Assembly: GCA_046758745.1 (NCBI GenBank)
Contig: JBHIAV010000013.1
Span: 1 to 64,000 of the forward strand
Length of the DNA stretch: 64,000 bases
Reading direction: 5' to 3'
From: Gemmatimonadota bacterium
Lineage (GTDB): Bacteria > Gemmatimonadota > Gemmatimonadetes > Palauibacterales > Palauibacteraceae
Each line of letters begins with the position of its first letter. Positions within the stretch are counted from its first letter, which is position 1. The notes beneath the pieces are model-generated. The model searched no databases, was not told the DNA's origin, and saw only the letters and a program-made list of their open reading frames with translations. Shown piece after piece: positions 38,791 to 49,709 of this stretch. The position numbers and the translations under genes are program-made.

Positions 38791-40275
38791 TCACTCCCCC
38801 GCCCCCTCCACCACGCGCCGATAGGCTTCGGGGGTCCACTCCGGCCGGGCGTCGGCGTTGGCGATCTCGAGCCCCAGGTAGAAGAGAAGCTTACCGATCC
38901 TCGAGATCTTCTCGTACTCGATCCGGTCGGGCTCGTCGGAAGGCCGGTGATAATCCTCGTGCGTGCCGTTGAAGAAGAAGAGGATCGGCACTCCCTTCCG
39001 CGCGAAGTTGTAATGGTCGGAGCGGAAATAGAACCGTTCGTTCGGCCACAGGTCATCGATCACCGCCATGTCCAGCTCGGGGTGCTCGGCGGCGACCCGC
39101 TCGGCCACCGCCCCCAGCGTGGATTCCTCCTTGCCGATCGCGACGATCGTGTCCCGCCAGTTTCGACCGACCATGTCGATGTTGATGTTGGCCACCGTCC
39201 GCTCGAGCGGGAACGCGGGGTGCTCGCTGTACCAGCGCGAGCCGAGAAGTCCCTTCTCCTCTCCACTTACCGTCATGAAGATCAGCGATCGGCGCGGCGG
39301 GGTGGGCAGGCTGGCGAACGCCTGGGCCAGCTCCACCACCGTGGCCGTTCCGGACGCGTCATCGTCGGCGCCGTTGTAGATGGAATCGCCGCTCGCATCC
39401 GGACGGCCGACGCCCTCGTGGTCCATGTGGGCGGTGAAGATCACATACTCGTTCCGGAGGTTCGGGTCGGAGCCCTCCAGCACGCCGATCGTGTTGAGTC
39501 CCTCCGCGCGCTCGACCGCCGACTCGGTGCGCAGCTCTCCGGTCCACCCCGACAGGTCCGGCGGGGCGTCAGATCCCCGGAGCGCCGCCGGCACCGCCGA
39601 TCTCCGGGCGAACACGACCGGAGGACCGGGCTCGGCCGGTTCGCCGAGCGTCACCCTGCTCGTGGAGAGGAAGGCGCCGACCTGCCGAAAGAACTGGTCC
39701 TCCACATCCAGCACCAGGATGAGGCCGGCCGGCCTGTGCCTGCGGAGGGCTTCCCCGAGATTCTGGAAGGAGCGAAAGAGGCCGCCCCGGCCGACGTTCA
39801 GCACGGCGATCTTCCCGGTGGCCGCGTCGAGGCCGCCGGTCGCCGACACGCCGATCAGCGGTCCGGAGCCCTCCGCCACACCCACCCCCTGCCCCGGTAC
39901 GAAGTCGTCTCCGGCCCGGAGAGTGAACTCTCCGTTCGGCCCACGAAGGCGCAGACGCTGTGCCTCGCGGGCCCCGGGTCTCACCGCGGTGAGCGGGAAG
40001 CGTTGCAAGTAGCCGTCACCGGCCCCCGGCTTCACTCCGAACGAGCGGAACTCCCGCGCGACGTATTCGGCCGTCTCCACCAGCTCGGGACTCGGCGTAT
40101 CGCGGCCGCGCATCGAGTCGTGCGCCAGCACCCAGATGCGACGCCGGAAATCCTCCGGCGTGATGGTGGCCGCGCCGAACGTACCCGATGCCGCCCGGGC
40201 CTGCGCGTGGAGCGCCCCACTCGCCCCCAGCACCCCTCCGAGCACCAGCACACATCCCCGCAACATCCTCCGCAT
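38791..40275 (-). CDS. M28-family peptidase with PA-like insert, exported
   Basis: Signal peptide, TAHMDH, NGADDDASG, SGEEKGLLGS, NIDMVGR, RSDH, DYHRPSD. Confidence 0.92.
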   Translation of the reverse strand: MRRMLRGCVLVLGGVLGASGALHAQARAASGTFGAATITPEDFRRRIWVLAHDSMRGRDTPSPELVETAEYVAREFRSFGVKPGAGDGYLQRFPLTAVRPGAREAQRLRLRGPNGEFTLRAGDDFVPGQGVGVAEGSGPLIGVSATGGLDAATGKIAVLNVGRGGLFRSFQNLGEALRRHRPAGLILVLDVEDQFFRQVGAFLSTSRVTLGEPAEPGPPVVFARRSAVPAALRGSDAPPDLSGWTGELRTESAVERAEGLNTIGVLEGSDPNLRNEYVIFTAHMDHEGVGRPDASGDSIYNGADDDASGTATVVELAQAFASLPTPPRRSLIFMTVSGEEKGLLGSRWYSEHPAFPLERTVANINIDMVGRNWRDTIVAIGKEESTLGAVAERVAAEHPELDMAVIDDLWPNERFYFRSDHYNFARKGVPILFFFNGTHEDYHRPSDEPDRIEYEKISRIGKLLFYLGLEIANADARPEWTPEAYRRVVEGAGE

Positions 40276-40534
40276 CCGCGCACCTCTCAGGTGGTCGTGA
40301 ACTCGCGCCGCGCCGCGCGCTCCCTGCACAACCCGAGCCGCGGCGGGAACTTTCGTCTCGCCCGCAGTATGATACGTCGCGCTCCCGAGCCGGTTGCCCG
40401 CGAAGCGCGCCAATATGCGGGGTGGCCTCCGCTGGCGCACGCCGGACCGACGGCCGCGGCCGACTCCGGGAAGCCGAGACGCCGACACCGGACGAAACGC
40501 TGCATCCACACAGAAGGTGCCGAAAGGATCGCAG

Positions 40535-41461
40535 GTGGCGAACGAGAGAGGTTCGGAACCCGGCGCGAGGGCGGACCTCGCGAGCCCACGCGCCCTGGCC
40601 GATCTCGGGCAATTGGAGTTGATCGCCCGGGTGGTGGTGGAAGGATTCCTCATCGGCCTCCACCGCTCGCCGTATCGAGGCTTCTCGGTCGAGTTCGCCG
40701 AGAACCGGCCGTACTGCGCCGGCGACGACGTGCGTCACGTCGACTGGAAGATGTACGCCCGCTCGGATCGCTATTACATCAAACAGTACGAGGAAGAGAC
40801 GAACCTCCGCGGATACCTGGTGGTGGACACCAGCCGGTCCATGGGGTGGAGCTCCGACCCGGAGCGCGTCCTTCCCAAGGTGGAGTACGCCCGCCTCCTC
40901 GCGTCCGCCCTCGCCCTTCTCCTGCTGCGACAAGGTGACGCGGTCGGCCTCCTCGCATTCGACGAGCGTGTGCGGGATCACGTCTCCCCGAGAGGTGCGC
41001 GCACCCACCTCTCCACGATTCTCCGCTCCCTAACCCGTCTCGCCGCGGACGGACGCACGGACGCGGGAAGCGCGATCCTCGACGTGGCCGTCCGGCTCCG
41101 CCGCCGCGGCCTCGTGATCCTCCTTTCCGACCTGCTCGTCGACCCGCAGGGCACGCGGCGGGCGCTGCGCTACCTGCGCCACCGCGGACACGAGGTGCTC
41201 ATCCTCCACCTGATGGACCCCGCCGAGCGGGACCTCCCGGCGGCGGGTGACGCGATCTTCTTCGACCCGGAGAGCGGGGAGGAGCTGCGCACCAACTCCG
41301 CGGCGCTGCGACGCGAGTACCGGGATTCGGTCAGCCGAGCCGTGGCGGCGTGGCGACTCGACTGTCTCCGCATGAAGGCGGACTACGAGCTCGTCACCAC
41401 GGACACTCCCTTCGGACTCGCCCTGCGCCGTTACCTGGACAAGCGCGCCCGCCTCGGATGA
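40535..41461 (+). CDS. DUF58-domain protein
   Basis: GLHRSPYRGFSVEFAENRPY..GDD.R.VDWK, KQYEEETN, DTSRSM, LSDL. Confidence 0.93.
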   Translation: MANERGSEPGARADLASPRALADLGQLELIARVVVEGFLIGLHRSPYRGFSVEFAENRPYCAGDDVRHVDWKMYARSDRYYIKQYEEETNLRGYLVVDTSRSMGWSSDPERVLPKVEYARLLASALALLLLRQGDAVGLLAFDERVRDHVSPRGARTHLSTILRSLTRLAADGRTDAGSAILDVAVRLRRRGLVILLSDLLVDPQGTRRALRYLRHRGHEVLILHLMDPAERDLPAAGDAIFFDPESGEELRTNSAALRREYRDSVSRAVAAWRLDCLRMKADYELVTTDTPFGLALRRYLDKRARLG

Positions 41462-43416
41462 GCTTCCTTCGCCCGTGGGCGCTCTCCATCGCGGCGCTCG
41501 CGCTCGTCCCCATTCTCCTCCACCTGTTCCGTCGGGACGTGGCGCGTCGCGTGCCATTTCCCGCGCTCCGATACCTCCAGGCGACCGAGCGGGAGTACGC
41601 GCGCTCGATCCGCCTGCGCGATCTCCTCCTGCTCGCCATCCGGGCCTTTCTCGTGCTGGCGATCGCCCTCGCCGCGGCCGGACCGCTGATCGGACGGGGC
41701 GACGCGGCCGACCACACGCCGACGGATGTGGCGATCCTACTCGACAATTCCGCGAGCACCCTGCGTCCGGTGGATGGGGGTACGGCGCTCGACGATCTCC
41801 TCCAGCGGGCACGGATGGTCGTCGCCGCGGCGGGCCCCGACGACCGGTTCTGGATCCTTCCCGCCGTCGGATCGCCGCCGGCCCGGAACGCCGGAGCGGC
41901 TGCGGCGACCGCGGCGCTGGAGCGGATCGAGCCGACCGACGGAGCCGGTGATCTTCTCGCCCTGGTTCGCGCCGGGCTCGGCGTCCTCCCGGCCGCCGAC
42001 GCTCGGGCGCGAGAGCTCCTGCTGCTCTCCGACCTTCAGGCGTCCGGGCTGAGCGGCGCGGCGATCGAGGCCGCCCCGGGAATCCCGCTGGTGGTGGGAC
42101 GGGCGCTGTCGGAAGCGCAGCCGAACGCGGCGGCGGGAGAGGCTGAGCTCTCCACGGGGAACGCGGCGCCGGCGGGGCTCGAGGTGCAGATCGCCACCTC
42201 TCCGCGCCTCCTCGGCGCGCCGATGGAGGCGGCGAGCGGGGCCCCTCCCTCCGACAGCGCCGTCCTGCGCCTCGAGGTGGACGGTCGCACCGAAGGGCTG
42301 GCGGTGGCCGAGTGGGGAAGCTCCGTCGTGCTCCGCCTCCCCACCCTGGCGCCTGGATCACACGCGGGTCGGATCGAGATCGAGCCCTCCGCCCTGCGAG
42401 CCGACGACTCGCGATACTTCAGCCTGCGCGTGCACGCCCCTCCCTCCGTGACGCACGAAGGTCCCCCGGAGAGCTTCCTGGCGGACGCACTCGCCACCCT
42501 GCGTGCCGCCGGTCGGGTGGGCGCCGGGCCGCAGCGCATCGCGATCGTCGAGGGGGGTGCCGCCGGCCTCGGCTCCCCCGGCCCGCCGGCGGACGCCCGT
42601 TTCTTCCTCCCGCCCGCGGATCCTTTCGCCCTCCCCCGCTTCAATCGGGGGCTGGCCGCCGCGGGGGTGCCGTGGAGCCTCTCGGCCGACTCGGCGCGCG
42701 GCGAGCTGCGGCTGGCCGGCGACGCCGGCGTGCCGGGTCTGGCCGACATCCGGGTTACCCGTCGGTACCGGCTGACAGCCACCGGCGCGACCGGAAGCGC
42801 GGACACCCTCCTCCGCACGGAGGACCGGGAGGCGTGGCTGGTTCGCGGGGAGGCGGCCGGACGCCCCTTCCTCCTTCTCCTGTCGCCGCTCGTCCCCGAG
42901 GCGACCTCACTTCCCGTCAGCCCCGCCATGATCCCGTTCATCGAGGCGACCCTTCTCCGCTGGGGGCTTCGTGGAGGGTGGCCGGAGCGCGACGTGGAGG
43001 TCGCCGAGACGGTGCGTCTGCCGCCTCGTGCCGACTCGGTCATGTTGCCCGACGGCACGACGCGGCGCGTGGAGGGGGGATCCCTCTTCGTCCCGCTGCG
43101 GGCGGGCATCTACAGGGTGTTCCACGATCGGCCGGCCGAGCCGGCCGCCTCGTACCTCGCCGCCAACGTGCCCCTCGCGGAATCCGACCTCCGCGCTCTG
43201 CCGATCGGCGAGCTCGAGACCCTCCTCGGTGGCCTCGAGGTGGTGGACGGCGGGGCGGATGCGGATGCCTGGGAGGCCGCGATCTTCCGGAGCCGCCGGG
43301 GGGCGGACGCCGCCCCCTGGCTGCTGGCCCTCGCGCTCGCCTGCGCGCTGGCCGAGGCGACGGTGGCCGCGCCCGCCCGACGCCGCTCCGGTGCGGGACG
43401 CGCCGCCGGGTCCTGA
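41458..43416 (+). CDS. BatA N-terminal / vWA-domain membrane protein
   Basis: MSFLRPWAL..PILLHL..FPAL..L, DNSAS MIDAS-like motif, LSDLQ, C-terminal AANV..ESDL and a transmembrane helix. Confidence 0.85.
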   Translation: MSFLRPWALSIAALALVPILLHLFRRDVARRVPFPALRYLQATEREYARSIRLRDLLLLAIRAFLVLAIALAAAGPLIGRGDAADHTPTDVAILLDNSASTLRPVDGGTALDDLLQRARMVVAAAGPDDRFWILPAVGSPPARNAGAAAATAALERIEPTDGAGDLLALVRAGLGVLPAADARARELLLLSDLQASGLSGAAIEAAPGIPLVVGRALSEAQPNAAAGEAELSTGNAAPAGLEVQIATSPRLLGAPMEAASGAPPSDSAVLRLEVDGRTEGLAVAEWGSSVVLRLPTLAPGSHAGRIEIEPSALRADDSRYFSLRVHAPPSVTHEGPPESFLADALATLRAAGRVGAGPQRIAIVEGGAAGLGSPGPPADARFFLPPADPFALPRFNRGLAAAGVPWSLSADSARGELRLAGDAGVPGLADIRVTRRYRLTATGATGSADTLLRTEDREAWLVRGEAAGRPFLLLLSPLVPEATSLPVSPAMIPFIEATLLRWGLRGGWPERDVEVAETVRLPPRADSVMLPDGTTRRVEGGSLFVPLRAGIYRVFHDRPAEPAASYLAANVPLAESDLRALPIGELETLLGGLEVVDGGADADAWEAAIFRSRRGADAAPWLLALALACALAEATVAAPARRRSGAGRAAGS

Positions 43417-43422
43417 GGTCCG

Positions 43423-46400
43423 ATGCTCGAGAGCTTCCTCGATCTCGTTCGCAGGGCCGGCCTCCGCCGACGGCTCCCCGGCCCCGGAGAGGTTCTGCGT
43501 CTCAGGGATCTGCCGGGGGCGGCAGGGGCCGGCGTCGCGGCGGCGCTGTCGCGCGAGGAGTCCCTCGTAGTGCTGGCGGCGCACTCGCCGGGCGCGGCGG
43601 AGGAGCTGTTCGCCGACGTCGAAGGGATCGCCGGCTCGGCCTCGGTCCGTTACTTCCCGCAACGCGAGTCGCTCCCCTCCGAGGACAGCGACCCGCACGT
43701 CGAGATCTCGGGGCGGCGGGTGGAGACGCTCGCCGCCCTGCTCGGCGGACGCGTGCGCCTGCTGGTTACCACCGCCCGGGCTCTGGTCGAGCGGTCGCCG
43801 GTGGCCGCGGGGGGGAACGGTTTCGCGCTGGCCTTGCGGGTGGGCGGGACGATCCGCCTCGACACGCTGTCGGCGCGCCTGCATGAGATGGGTTTCGACC
43901 GGGTGCATACGGTGCAGGAGCTGGGAGAGTTCGCGGTGCGGGGCGGCATCGTGGATCTCTTCCCCTTCGGTCATGACCTGCCGCTCCGGGTGGAGCTGTG
44001 GGAGGACGAGATCGCGTCGCTCAGGCGCTTCGACCTCGTCACGCAGCGCTCGGTAGGACGGGTCGAGTCGGCCGAGATCCTGCCGCTCGAGCTCGGTCCC
44101 GCTCTCCCGGATGGCGAGGGCGAGCGACGGTCGCTGCTGGAGCTCCTGCCCGAGGGGACCCTCCTCATCGAGCCGGCCCCGGAAGCGTCCGCCGAGCGGC
44201 GGGCCGGCCTGTGGCGGGAGCTGCAGGAGGCGCGAAGCGGCACGAGTCGGGAGGAAGCGCTTCCCCCGGAGGCTCTCGCCCTGCCGCCCGGCGATGCCGC
44301 CGCGCGACTCGATCGTTCGCGCCGCCTTCACTTCGTCCCCGAGCCGGAGGCCGGCGTCCTCGATCTCGGAATCCGCCCGCCTCCCGCCATCCAGCGTCGC
44401 ATGGAGAAGCTGGTGGGAGAGATCGAGCGCGCGATCGGGGCGGGCGAGCGCGTTCTCCTGCTGTGCGACAACGAGGGTCAGCTGGAGCGCCTGGAGGATA
44501 TCCTGACCGAGCTGGCGGGGAGGGAGCTTTCCCGCCGTGTCACCCTGGCGCTCGGCTCGGTGAGCGGCGGGTTCCGCCTGCCGCCACCCGAGGCGCTGCT
44601 CGTGCTCACCGACCACGAGATCTTCCAGCGAATCCGGCGCCTTCGCCGCACGCAGCGCTTTCACGGTGCCGCTACCCTCGAGTCGATCGCCTCGCTCGTC
44701 CCGGGAGACTACGTGGTTCACCTGGATCACGGCATCGGACGGTACCGCGGGCTCGAGCGAGTGGAAGTGGGTGGCGAGTCGATCGAAACGCTCGCCATCG
44801 AGTACGCCGGCGGTGAGATCCTACGCGTCCCTCACTACCGCCTGGACCTGATCGAGCGCTGGAGGGCCATCGGGGAGGACGGGAGCCATGCGCCGCCGCC
44901 CCGGGTCCACAAGCTGGGAGGAAAGAAGTGGCGGGCGCTCCGCCGCCGAACCGTCGAGTCGATCCGCCAGATGGCGACGGAGCTGATCGAGCTGTACGCC
45001 CAGCGACAGATCGCTCCGGGCTTCACCTTCTCCCCGGAGAGCCGGTGGCAGCGCGAGCTCGAATCCTCCTTCCTGTACGAGGACACGCGGGACCAGCGGG
45101 CCGCGTGGCAGGACGTGCGGCGGGACATGGAGGCTCCTCGCCCGATGGACCGCCTGGTGTGCGGCGACGTCGGCTACGGGAAGACCGAGATTGCGATCCG
45201 TGCCGCCTTCAAGGCCATCCAGGACGGCAGACAGGTTGCGGTCCTGGCACCGACCACGGTGCTGGCCGAGCAGCACCTGCACACCTTCCGGGAACGCCTG
45301 GCCGGGTTCCCGGTGCGGATCGAGGCGATCTCCAGGCTGCGCACCCGCGCCGAGCAGGCCGCTCTCCTCGCCGCCCTCGCGAAGGGTAGCGTGGACATCC
45401 TGATCGGCACCCATCGCCTCCTATCGCACGACGTGAAGTTTCGTGAGCTCGGGCTGGTGGTGGTGGATGAGGAGCAGCGGTTCGGCGTCCGACACAAGGA
45501 GCGTCTGAAGGAGCTGAAGCGTTCCGTCGATGTGCTCACCCTCACCGCGACGCCGATCCCGCGCACCCTCCAGCTGGCGCTCGGCGGCATACGCGACATG
45601 TCGCTGATCGATACGGCGCCGCGAGACCGCATGCCGGTGATCACGCATGTGCTCCAGTGGAGCGACGGGATCATCCAGGACGCCATGCGCCGCGAGCTCG
45701 ATCGTGGAGGGCAGATCTTCTTCGTGCACGATCGCATCGAGACGATCGACATCCTGGCGGAGCGGGTTCGGCGGCTCCTCCCCGAGGGACGCATAGCCGT
45801 CGCGCACGGCCGCACCCCGGAGCGGAAGCTCGAGGCGACCATGCAGGCGTTGATGGAGCACGAGATCGACGTGCTCGTCTCCACATCGATCATCGAGAAC
45901 GGGCTGGACGTCCCGTCCGCGAACACCATGATCGTCCACCGCGCGGACCGCTTCGGCCTGGCGCAGCTCTACCAGCTGCGGGGCCGCGTCGGTCGTTCGC
46001 ACCACCGCGCGTACTGCTACCTGCTCATCCCGGCGCAGGTCCCGTTCGATGCGGAGCGGAGGCTACGGGTGCTCGAGCACTACACCGAGCTCGGATCCGG
46101 CTACCGGGTGGCGCTCAAGGATCTTCACCTGCGCGGGGCCGGCAATCTCCTCGGAGCGGCACAGTCGGGATTCGCCCAGGCGGTCGGATTCGACACGTAC
46201 CAGCGGCTCCTCGAGCAGGCGGTGCGCCGTCTCAAGGGCGGGGAGGAGGCCGGCGCAGCCGACGAGGCGCCGCAGGTCTCGGTAGAGGGCGAGGCGTATC
46301 TCCCCGACGCCTACATCCTCGATTCCGAGCAGAAGCTGCACCTGTACCGGCGGATCGCCCGGGCGCGGAGCCTGTCCGAGATCGCGGAGCTGGCCGAGGA

Positions 46401-46719
46401 GATGCGCGATCGCTTCGGTCCCGTTCCCGACGCGGCGCAACGTCTGCTCACCTCCATACGCCTGAAGCTCGCCGGTGCCGGACTGGGCATCGAGTCGATC
46501 CGGACGGGCGAGGCGGCCGCGCGCGTCAACTTCCGCCCCGACGCGACCCCTCGCCTGGCCGTCCTGCGCCATGCTCTCCACGATCGACAGATCGATGTTG
46601 AAGTCCGCCGCACCCAGCCGTTATCCTTGGTGCTTCGCATGGCCGGTGTGGAGCCTCTCGCGGCGACGCTGATCGCGGCGCTCGAGAGGCTCTCCGACGC
46701 GAAGGTGATGGCGAGCTGA
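43423..46719 (+). CDS. mfd: transcription-repair coupling factor
   Basis: RGGIVDLFP, VVHLDHGIG, GDVGYGKTE, DEEQRFGV, TATPIPRTL, QLRGRVGR, DLHLRGAGNLLG. Confidence 0.97.
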   Translation: MLESFLDLVRRAGLRRRLPGPGEVLRLRDLPGAAGAGVAAALSREESLVVLAAHSPGAAEELFADVEGIAGSASVRYFPQRESLPSEDSDPHVEISGRRVETLAALLGGRVRLLVTTARALVERSPVAAGGNGFALALRVGGTIRLDTLSARLHEMGFDRVHTVQELGEFAVRGGIVDLFPFGHDLPLRVELWEDEIASLRRFDLVTQRSVGRVESAEILPLELGPALPDGEGERRSLLELLPEGTLLIEPAPEASAERRAGLWRELQEARSGTSREEALPPEALALPPGDAAARLDRSRRLHFVPEPEAGVLDLGIRPPPAIQRRMEKLVGEIERAIGAGERVLLLCDNEGQLERLEDILTELAGRELSRRVTLALGSVSGGFRLPPPEALLVLTDHEIFQRIRRLRRTQRFHGAATLESIASLVPGDYVVHLDHGIGRYRGLERVEVGGESIETLAIEYAGGEILRVPHYRLDLIERWRAIGEDGSHAPPPRVHKLGGKKWRALRRRTVESIRQMATELIELYAQRQIAPGFTFSPESRWQRELESSFLYEDTRDQRAAWQDVRRDMEAPRPMDRLVCGDVGYGKTEIAIRAAFKAIQDGRQVAVLAPTTVLAEQHLHTFRERLAGFPVRIEAISRLRTRAEQAALLAALAKGSVDILIGTHRLLSHDVKFRELGLVVVDEEQRFGVRHKERLKELKRSVDVLTLTATPIPRTLQLALGGIRDMSLIDTAPRDRMPVITHVLQWSDGIIQDAMRRELDRGGQIFFVHDRIETIDILAERVRRLLPEGRIAVAHGRTPERKLEATMQALMEHEIDVLVSTSIIENGLDVPSANTMIVHRADRFGLAQLYQLRGRVGRSHHRAYCYLLIPAQVPFDAERRLRVLEHYTELGSGYRVALKDLHLRGAGNLLGAAQSGFAQAVGFDTYQRLLEQAVRRLKGGEEAGAADEAPQVSVEGEAYLPDAYILDSEQKLHLYRRIARARSLSEIAELAEEMRDRFGPVPDAAQRLLTSIRLKLAGAGLGIESIRTGEAAARVNFRPDATPRLAVLRHALHDRQIDVEVRRTQPLSLVLRMAGVEPLAATLIAALERLSDAKVMAS

Positions 46720-46738
46720 CCGCATCGTTGGGGAGGGG

Positions 46739-48235
46739 ATGAATAGATCGATAGTGCTCGTCGCCGGCGTGGCGGGCGCGGCCCTCGGCGTGGGCTGCGA
46801 CGCCCTGGACGGTGCGCTCACGGCCCACTCTCGACCCGCCGCGGAGGCCGCCGGGGTGCGGCTCACGGCGGACGAGCTCGGGAGCATCATGGCGATGGGC
46901 CCGATCCCGGACACGGCGCTGAACGCCCACTGGGCGACCCAGATCGCCACGCTGTGGGCCGACTACGTGCGGCTCGCGACACTGTACGCCGCGCCGGACA
47001 CGACGCTGACGCTCGATTACGATCCCCTCCTCGAGGGACAGCGGTACTTTGACGCGCTCGCCGTTCAGCGGTACCGGGACAGTGTGGTGCTGCGCGGACT
47101 CGAACCGAGCGACGACGAGGTGCGGGAGTACTTCGAGACGCGGCAGCCGTTCACCCGCCTCGACGTGCGTCGCATCCGGCTCTCGGTGCCGGAGGGAGCC
47201 GACGAGGCGGTGCGCGACAGCCTCTTCCAGACCGCGGCACAGATCCAACAGGAGCTCGAGGCCGGGGCCGATTTCCTCGCGGTCGCGCGGGAGCGGAGCG
47301 ACGAACCGCTGGCCGCCCGCGGACAGCTCCTGGCCTATCAAGGGCATGAGCACTTTCCGCCGGCGGCGGACAGCGTGGTGTACCGGCTGGAGCCCGGGCA
47401 GGTCACGCCCGCGATCTCGACGGAGGACGGGATCTTCCTCTTTCGGGTCGAGCGGCGGATCGAGCCCGATTTCGAGATGGCGAGGGACCGGACGTATCGT
47501 AAGATCCTGGAGGAGCGGCGCACCGAAAGGGCGCTCCTGGTGGCGGACACGCTGATCGGGAACGCGCGGCCGAGCGTGCTCCGGGGCGCCGTGCCGACGG
47601 CCCGCCGCATCGCCGAGGATCCCGCCATGGCGGTGGGCAGGGTCTCCCCGGGCTCGCGACTGGTGGAGTACAGGGACGGGGAGCTGACCGTCCAGGAGCT
47701 CCGCCTGCTCTTCCAGGTCCGGAACGACATCCGCGAGACGTTCGCCGAGGGCTCGGAGGAGGACATCGAGTTCTACCTCCACGAGCTGGCGCGGGACGAG
47801 ATAATGGTGGCGGCCGCGCGGCGGAACGGGCTAGGACCGACCGAGGAGGAAAGACAGAAGCTGCGCGAGGCCATCGCCTCCCAGGTGGCAGCGATCGCGC
47901 GGCGGCTCGGATTGAGCCACAATCTGGTGAGGATGCCCGCGTACGATGTGAAGGTGGAGAGCCTGGCCTTCCTCGAGGAGACCGTGCGGAGAGGACACTC
48001 GCTCCCGTGGCTCGGTGAGTTCCGCCCGCTGCTTGACCCGGATTATCCGGCGCGGGTACACGAGCGCGGCGCGGCGGCGGCGGCGAAGATCGCCGCCTCG
48101 CAGCGGGCGGAGAGCTCCGCGACGGCGGAACCCCGGGATGCCGGGACGCATGGACCGACCGAGAGCGTCTCCGAAGCCGGGTCACCGCCGCCGGAGACGC
48201 CGACCGAGACGGAGGACCCCGCAGCCGGGCACTGA
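46739..48235 (+). CDS. parvulin-type PPIase / SurA-like lipoprotein
   Basis: GVGC lipobox-like motif, GADFLAVARERSDEP..RG rotamase signature. Confidence 0.8.
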   Translation: MNRSIVLVAGVAGAALGVGCDALDGALTAHSRPAAEAAGVRLTADELGSIMAMGPIPDTALNAHWATQIATLWADYVRLATLYAAPDTTLTLDYDPLLEGQRYFDALAVQRYRDSVVLRGLEPSDDEVREYFETRQPFTRLDVRRIRLSVPEGADEAVRDSLFQTAAQIQQELEAGADFLAVARERSDEPLAARGQLLAYQGHEHFPPAADSVVYRLEPGQVTPAISTEDGIFLFRVERRIEPDFEMARDRTYRKILEERRTERALLVADTLIGNARPSVLRGAVPTARRIAEDPAMAVGRVSPGSRLVEYRDGELTVQELRLLFQVRNDIRETFAEGSEEDIEFYLHELARDEIMVAAARRNGLGPTEEERQKLREAIASQVAAIARRLGLSHNLVRMPAYDVKVESLAFLEETVRRGHSLPWLGEFRPLLDPDYPARVHERGAAAAAKIAASQRAESSATAEPRDAGTHGPTESVSEAGSPPPETPTETEDPAAGH

Positions 48236-48236
48236 G

Positions 48237-49709
48237 ATGTCGCGAAGGCATCACTTTCGAAGTGGCGCGGGAGAGGCTGCCGAAGGCCGGACGTTCGCCC
48301 GGCGCGGCGTGGCCGCGCTCCTCCTGCTGTTTGCGTTCGGGCTTCCGGGTGGAGGCTTGGCCGCGCAGGAGGTCCTCCCCGAAGCGGGAGCCGCCGAGCG
48401 GCCGGCGCCGGCCGCAGAAGAGACACCCCCTCTCCGCCTGCCGGCCTTCCTCCCGGCCGACAGCCTGCAGCTCGTCGACCGCGTGGTGGCCATCGTCGGC
48501 GACACGGCGGTCCTCTTCACCGAGGTGCTCGAGGCGATCCTCGAGCTCCGTGCGCAGAACCCCCGCTTCGACATGCCGCCCGCCGGCACACCGGCGTTCG
48601 ACTCGCTCATGGCGCGGACCCTCAACGACATGGTGGACAAGCTCGTCATCCTGCAGCGGGCGAAGCGCTCGGACATCGTGATCACCAAGGACGAGCTCGA
48701 CCAGGAGACGGAGGCCCGCTTCCGGGAGATCCGCAACCAGTTCCCTTCCGCGGTCGAGTTCCAGGCCGCGGTGGCGCGCTCGGGCCGGACTCTCTTCCAG
48801 TTCCGTCAGCGGATCCGTGCGCAGCTGGAGGGCGATCTCCTCGTCAACCGCTACATTCAGCAGAACCGGGACAGGCTTCCCCCGGTCTCGGTGAGCGAGG
48901 AGGAGATCCGCGCCTATTTCGACGAGTTCCTGGCGAACGCCACCCGCGAGGCCACGATCTCGTTCGAGCAGCTCCTCATTGAGCCGACGGCATCGGAGGC
49001 GGCCGAAGACAGCGCGCTCGCCATCGCGGACACGGCGCTCCAGGAGCTCCGCGGAGGGACCGATTTCGCCATCGTCGCGCGCCGTTACTCCCGGGACCTG
49101 TCCAATCGAGACCAGGGCGGGGACCTCGGCTGGGTGCGGCGCGGCCAGCTCGTGCCGGCCTTCGCCGAGGCCGCATGGCGCGCGCGGCCCCGCGACCCGG
49201 TGGGGCCCGTCAAGACCCGCTTCGGCTATCACATCATCAAGGTGGAGAACGTCCGAGGCGGCGAGCGCCACCTGCGCCACATCCTGATTCAGCCGGAGAT
49301 CGACGAGGCCGATGTGGAGCGGGCTCGCGGCCTGGCCGAGGCGGTGGCGGACAGCGCCCGGCAGGGGGTCGACATGCAGCGCCTGGCGGACCGCTACGGC
49401 GTCCCGGACATCCCGGTCCGAGTGCCCGAGGTGGCGCGGGCCGAGCTCGGAACCCGTTTCTCTCCCTCCTACGCGGAGGCCTTGCGCGACCCGCTCCCCG
49501 GCCAGGTGGTCGGCCCGTTCGCCACCGAGGGTCTCACGCCAGGCCGTCCCGCCTTCGCCGTCGTCCGGGTCACCGGCTTCCGGGCGCAGGGACGATACGA
49601 GCTGGAGGACGAACGGGAGCGCATCCGCTCCAACCTCCTCTTCCAGAAGGGATTCGACCGCTTCCTGGCCGAGCTGAAGGCCGAGATCTACGTGGACATC
49701 AGGCTATAG
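48237..49709 (+). CDS. surA: SurA-like chaperone/PPIase
   Basis: DRVVAIVGD SurA N-terminus, FAIVARRYSRD..GGDLGW, TRFGYHIIK, RHILI; lies upstream of pdxA. Confidence 0.85.
   Translation: MSRRHHFRSGAGEAAEGRTFARRGVAALLLLFAFGLPGGGLAAQEVLPEAGAAERPAPAAEETPPLRLPAFLPADSLQLVDRVVAIVGDTAVLFTEVLEAILELRAQNPRFDMPPAGTPAFDSLMARTLNDMVDKLVILQRAKRSDIVITKDELDQETEARFREIRNQFPSAVEFQAAVARSGRTLFQFRQRIRAQLEGDLLVNRYIQQNRDRLPPVSVSEEEIRAYFDEFLANATREATISFEQLLIEPTASEAAEDSALAIADTALQELRGGTDFAIVARRYSRDLSNRDQGGDLGWVRRGQLVPAFAEAAWRARPRDPVGPVKTRFGYHIIKVENVRGGERHLRHILIQPEIDEADVERARGLAEAVADSARQGVDMQRLADRYGVPDIPVRVPEVARAELGTRFSPSYAEALRDPLPGQVVGPFATEGLTPGRPAFAVVRVTGFRAQGRYELEDERERIRSNLLFQKGFDRFLAELKAEIYVDIRL

Noticed and set aside
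40420-40534. Possible riboswitch upstream of the DUF58 gene
   Set aside because: No recognisable aptamer consensus or expression platform.
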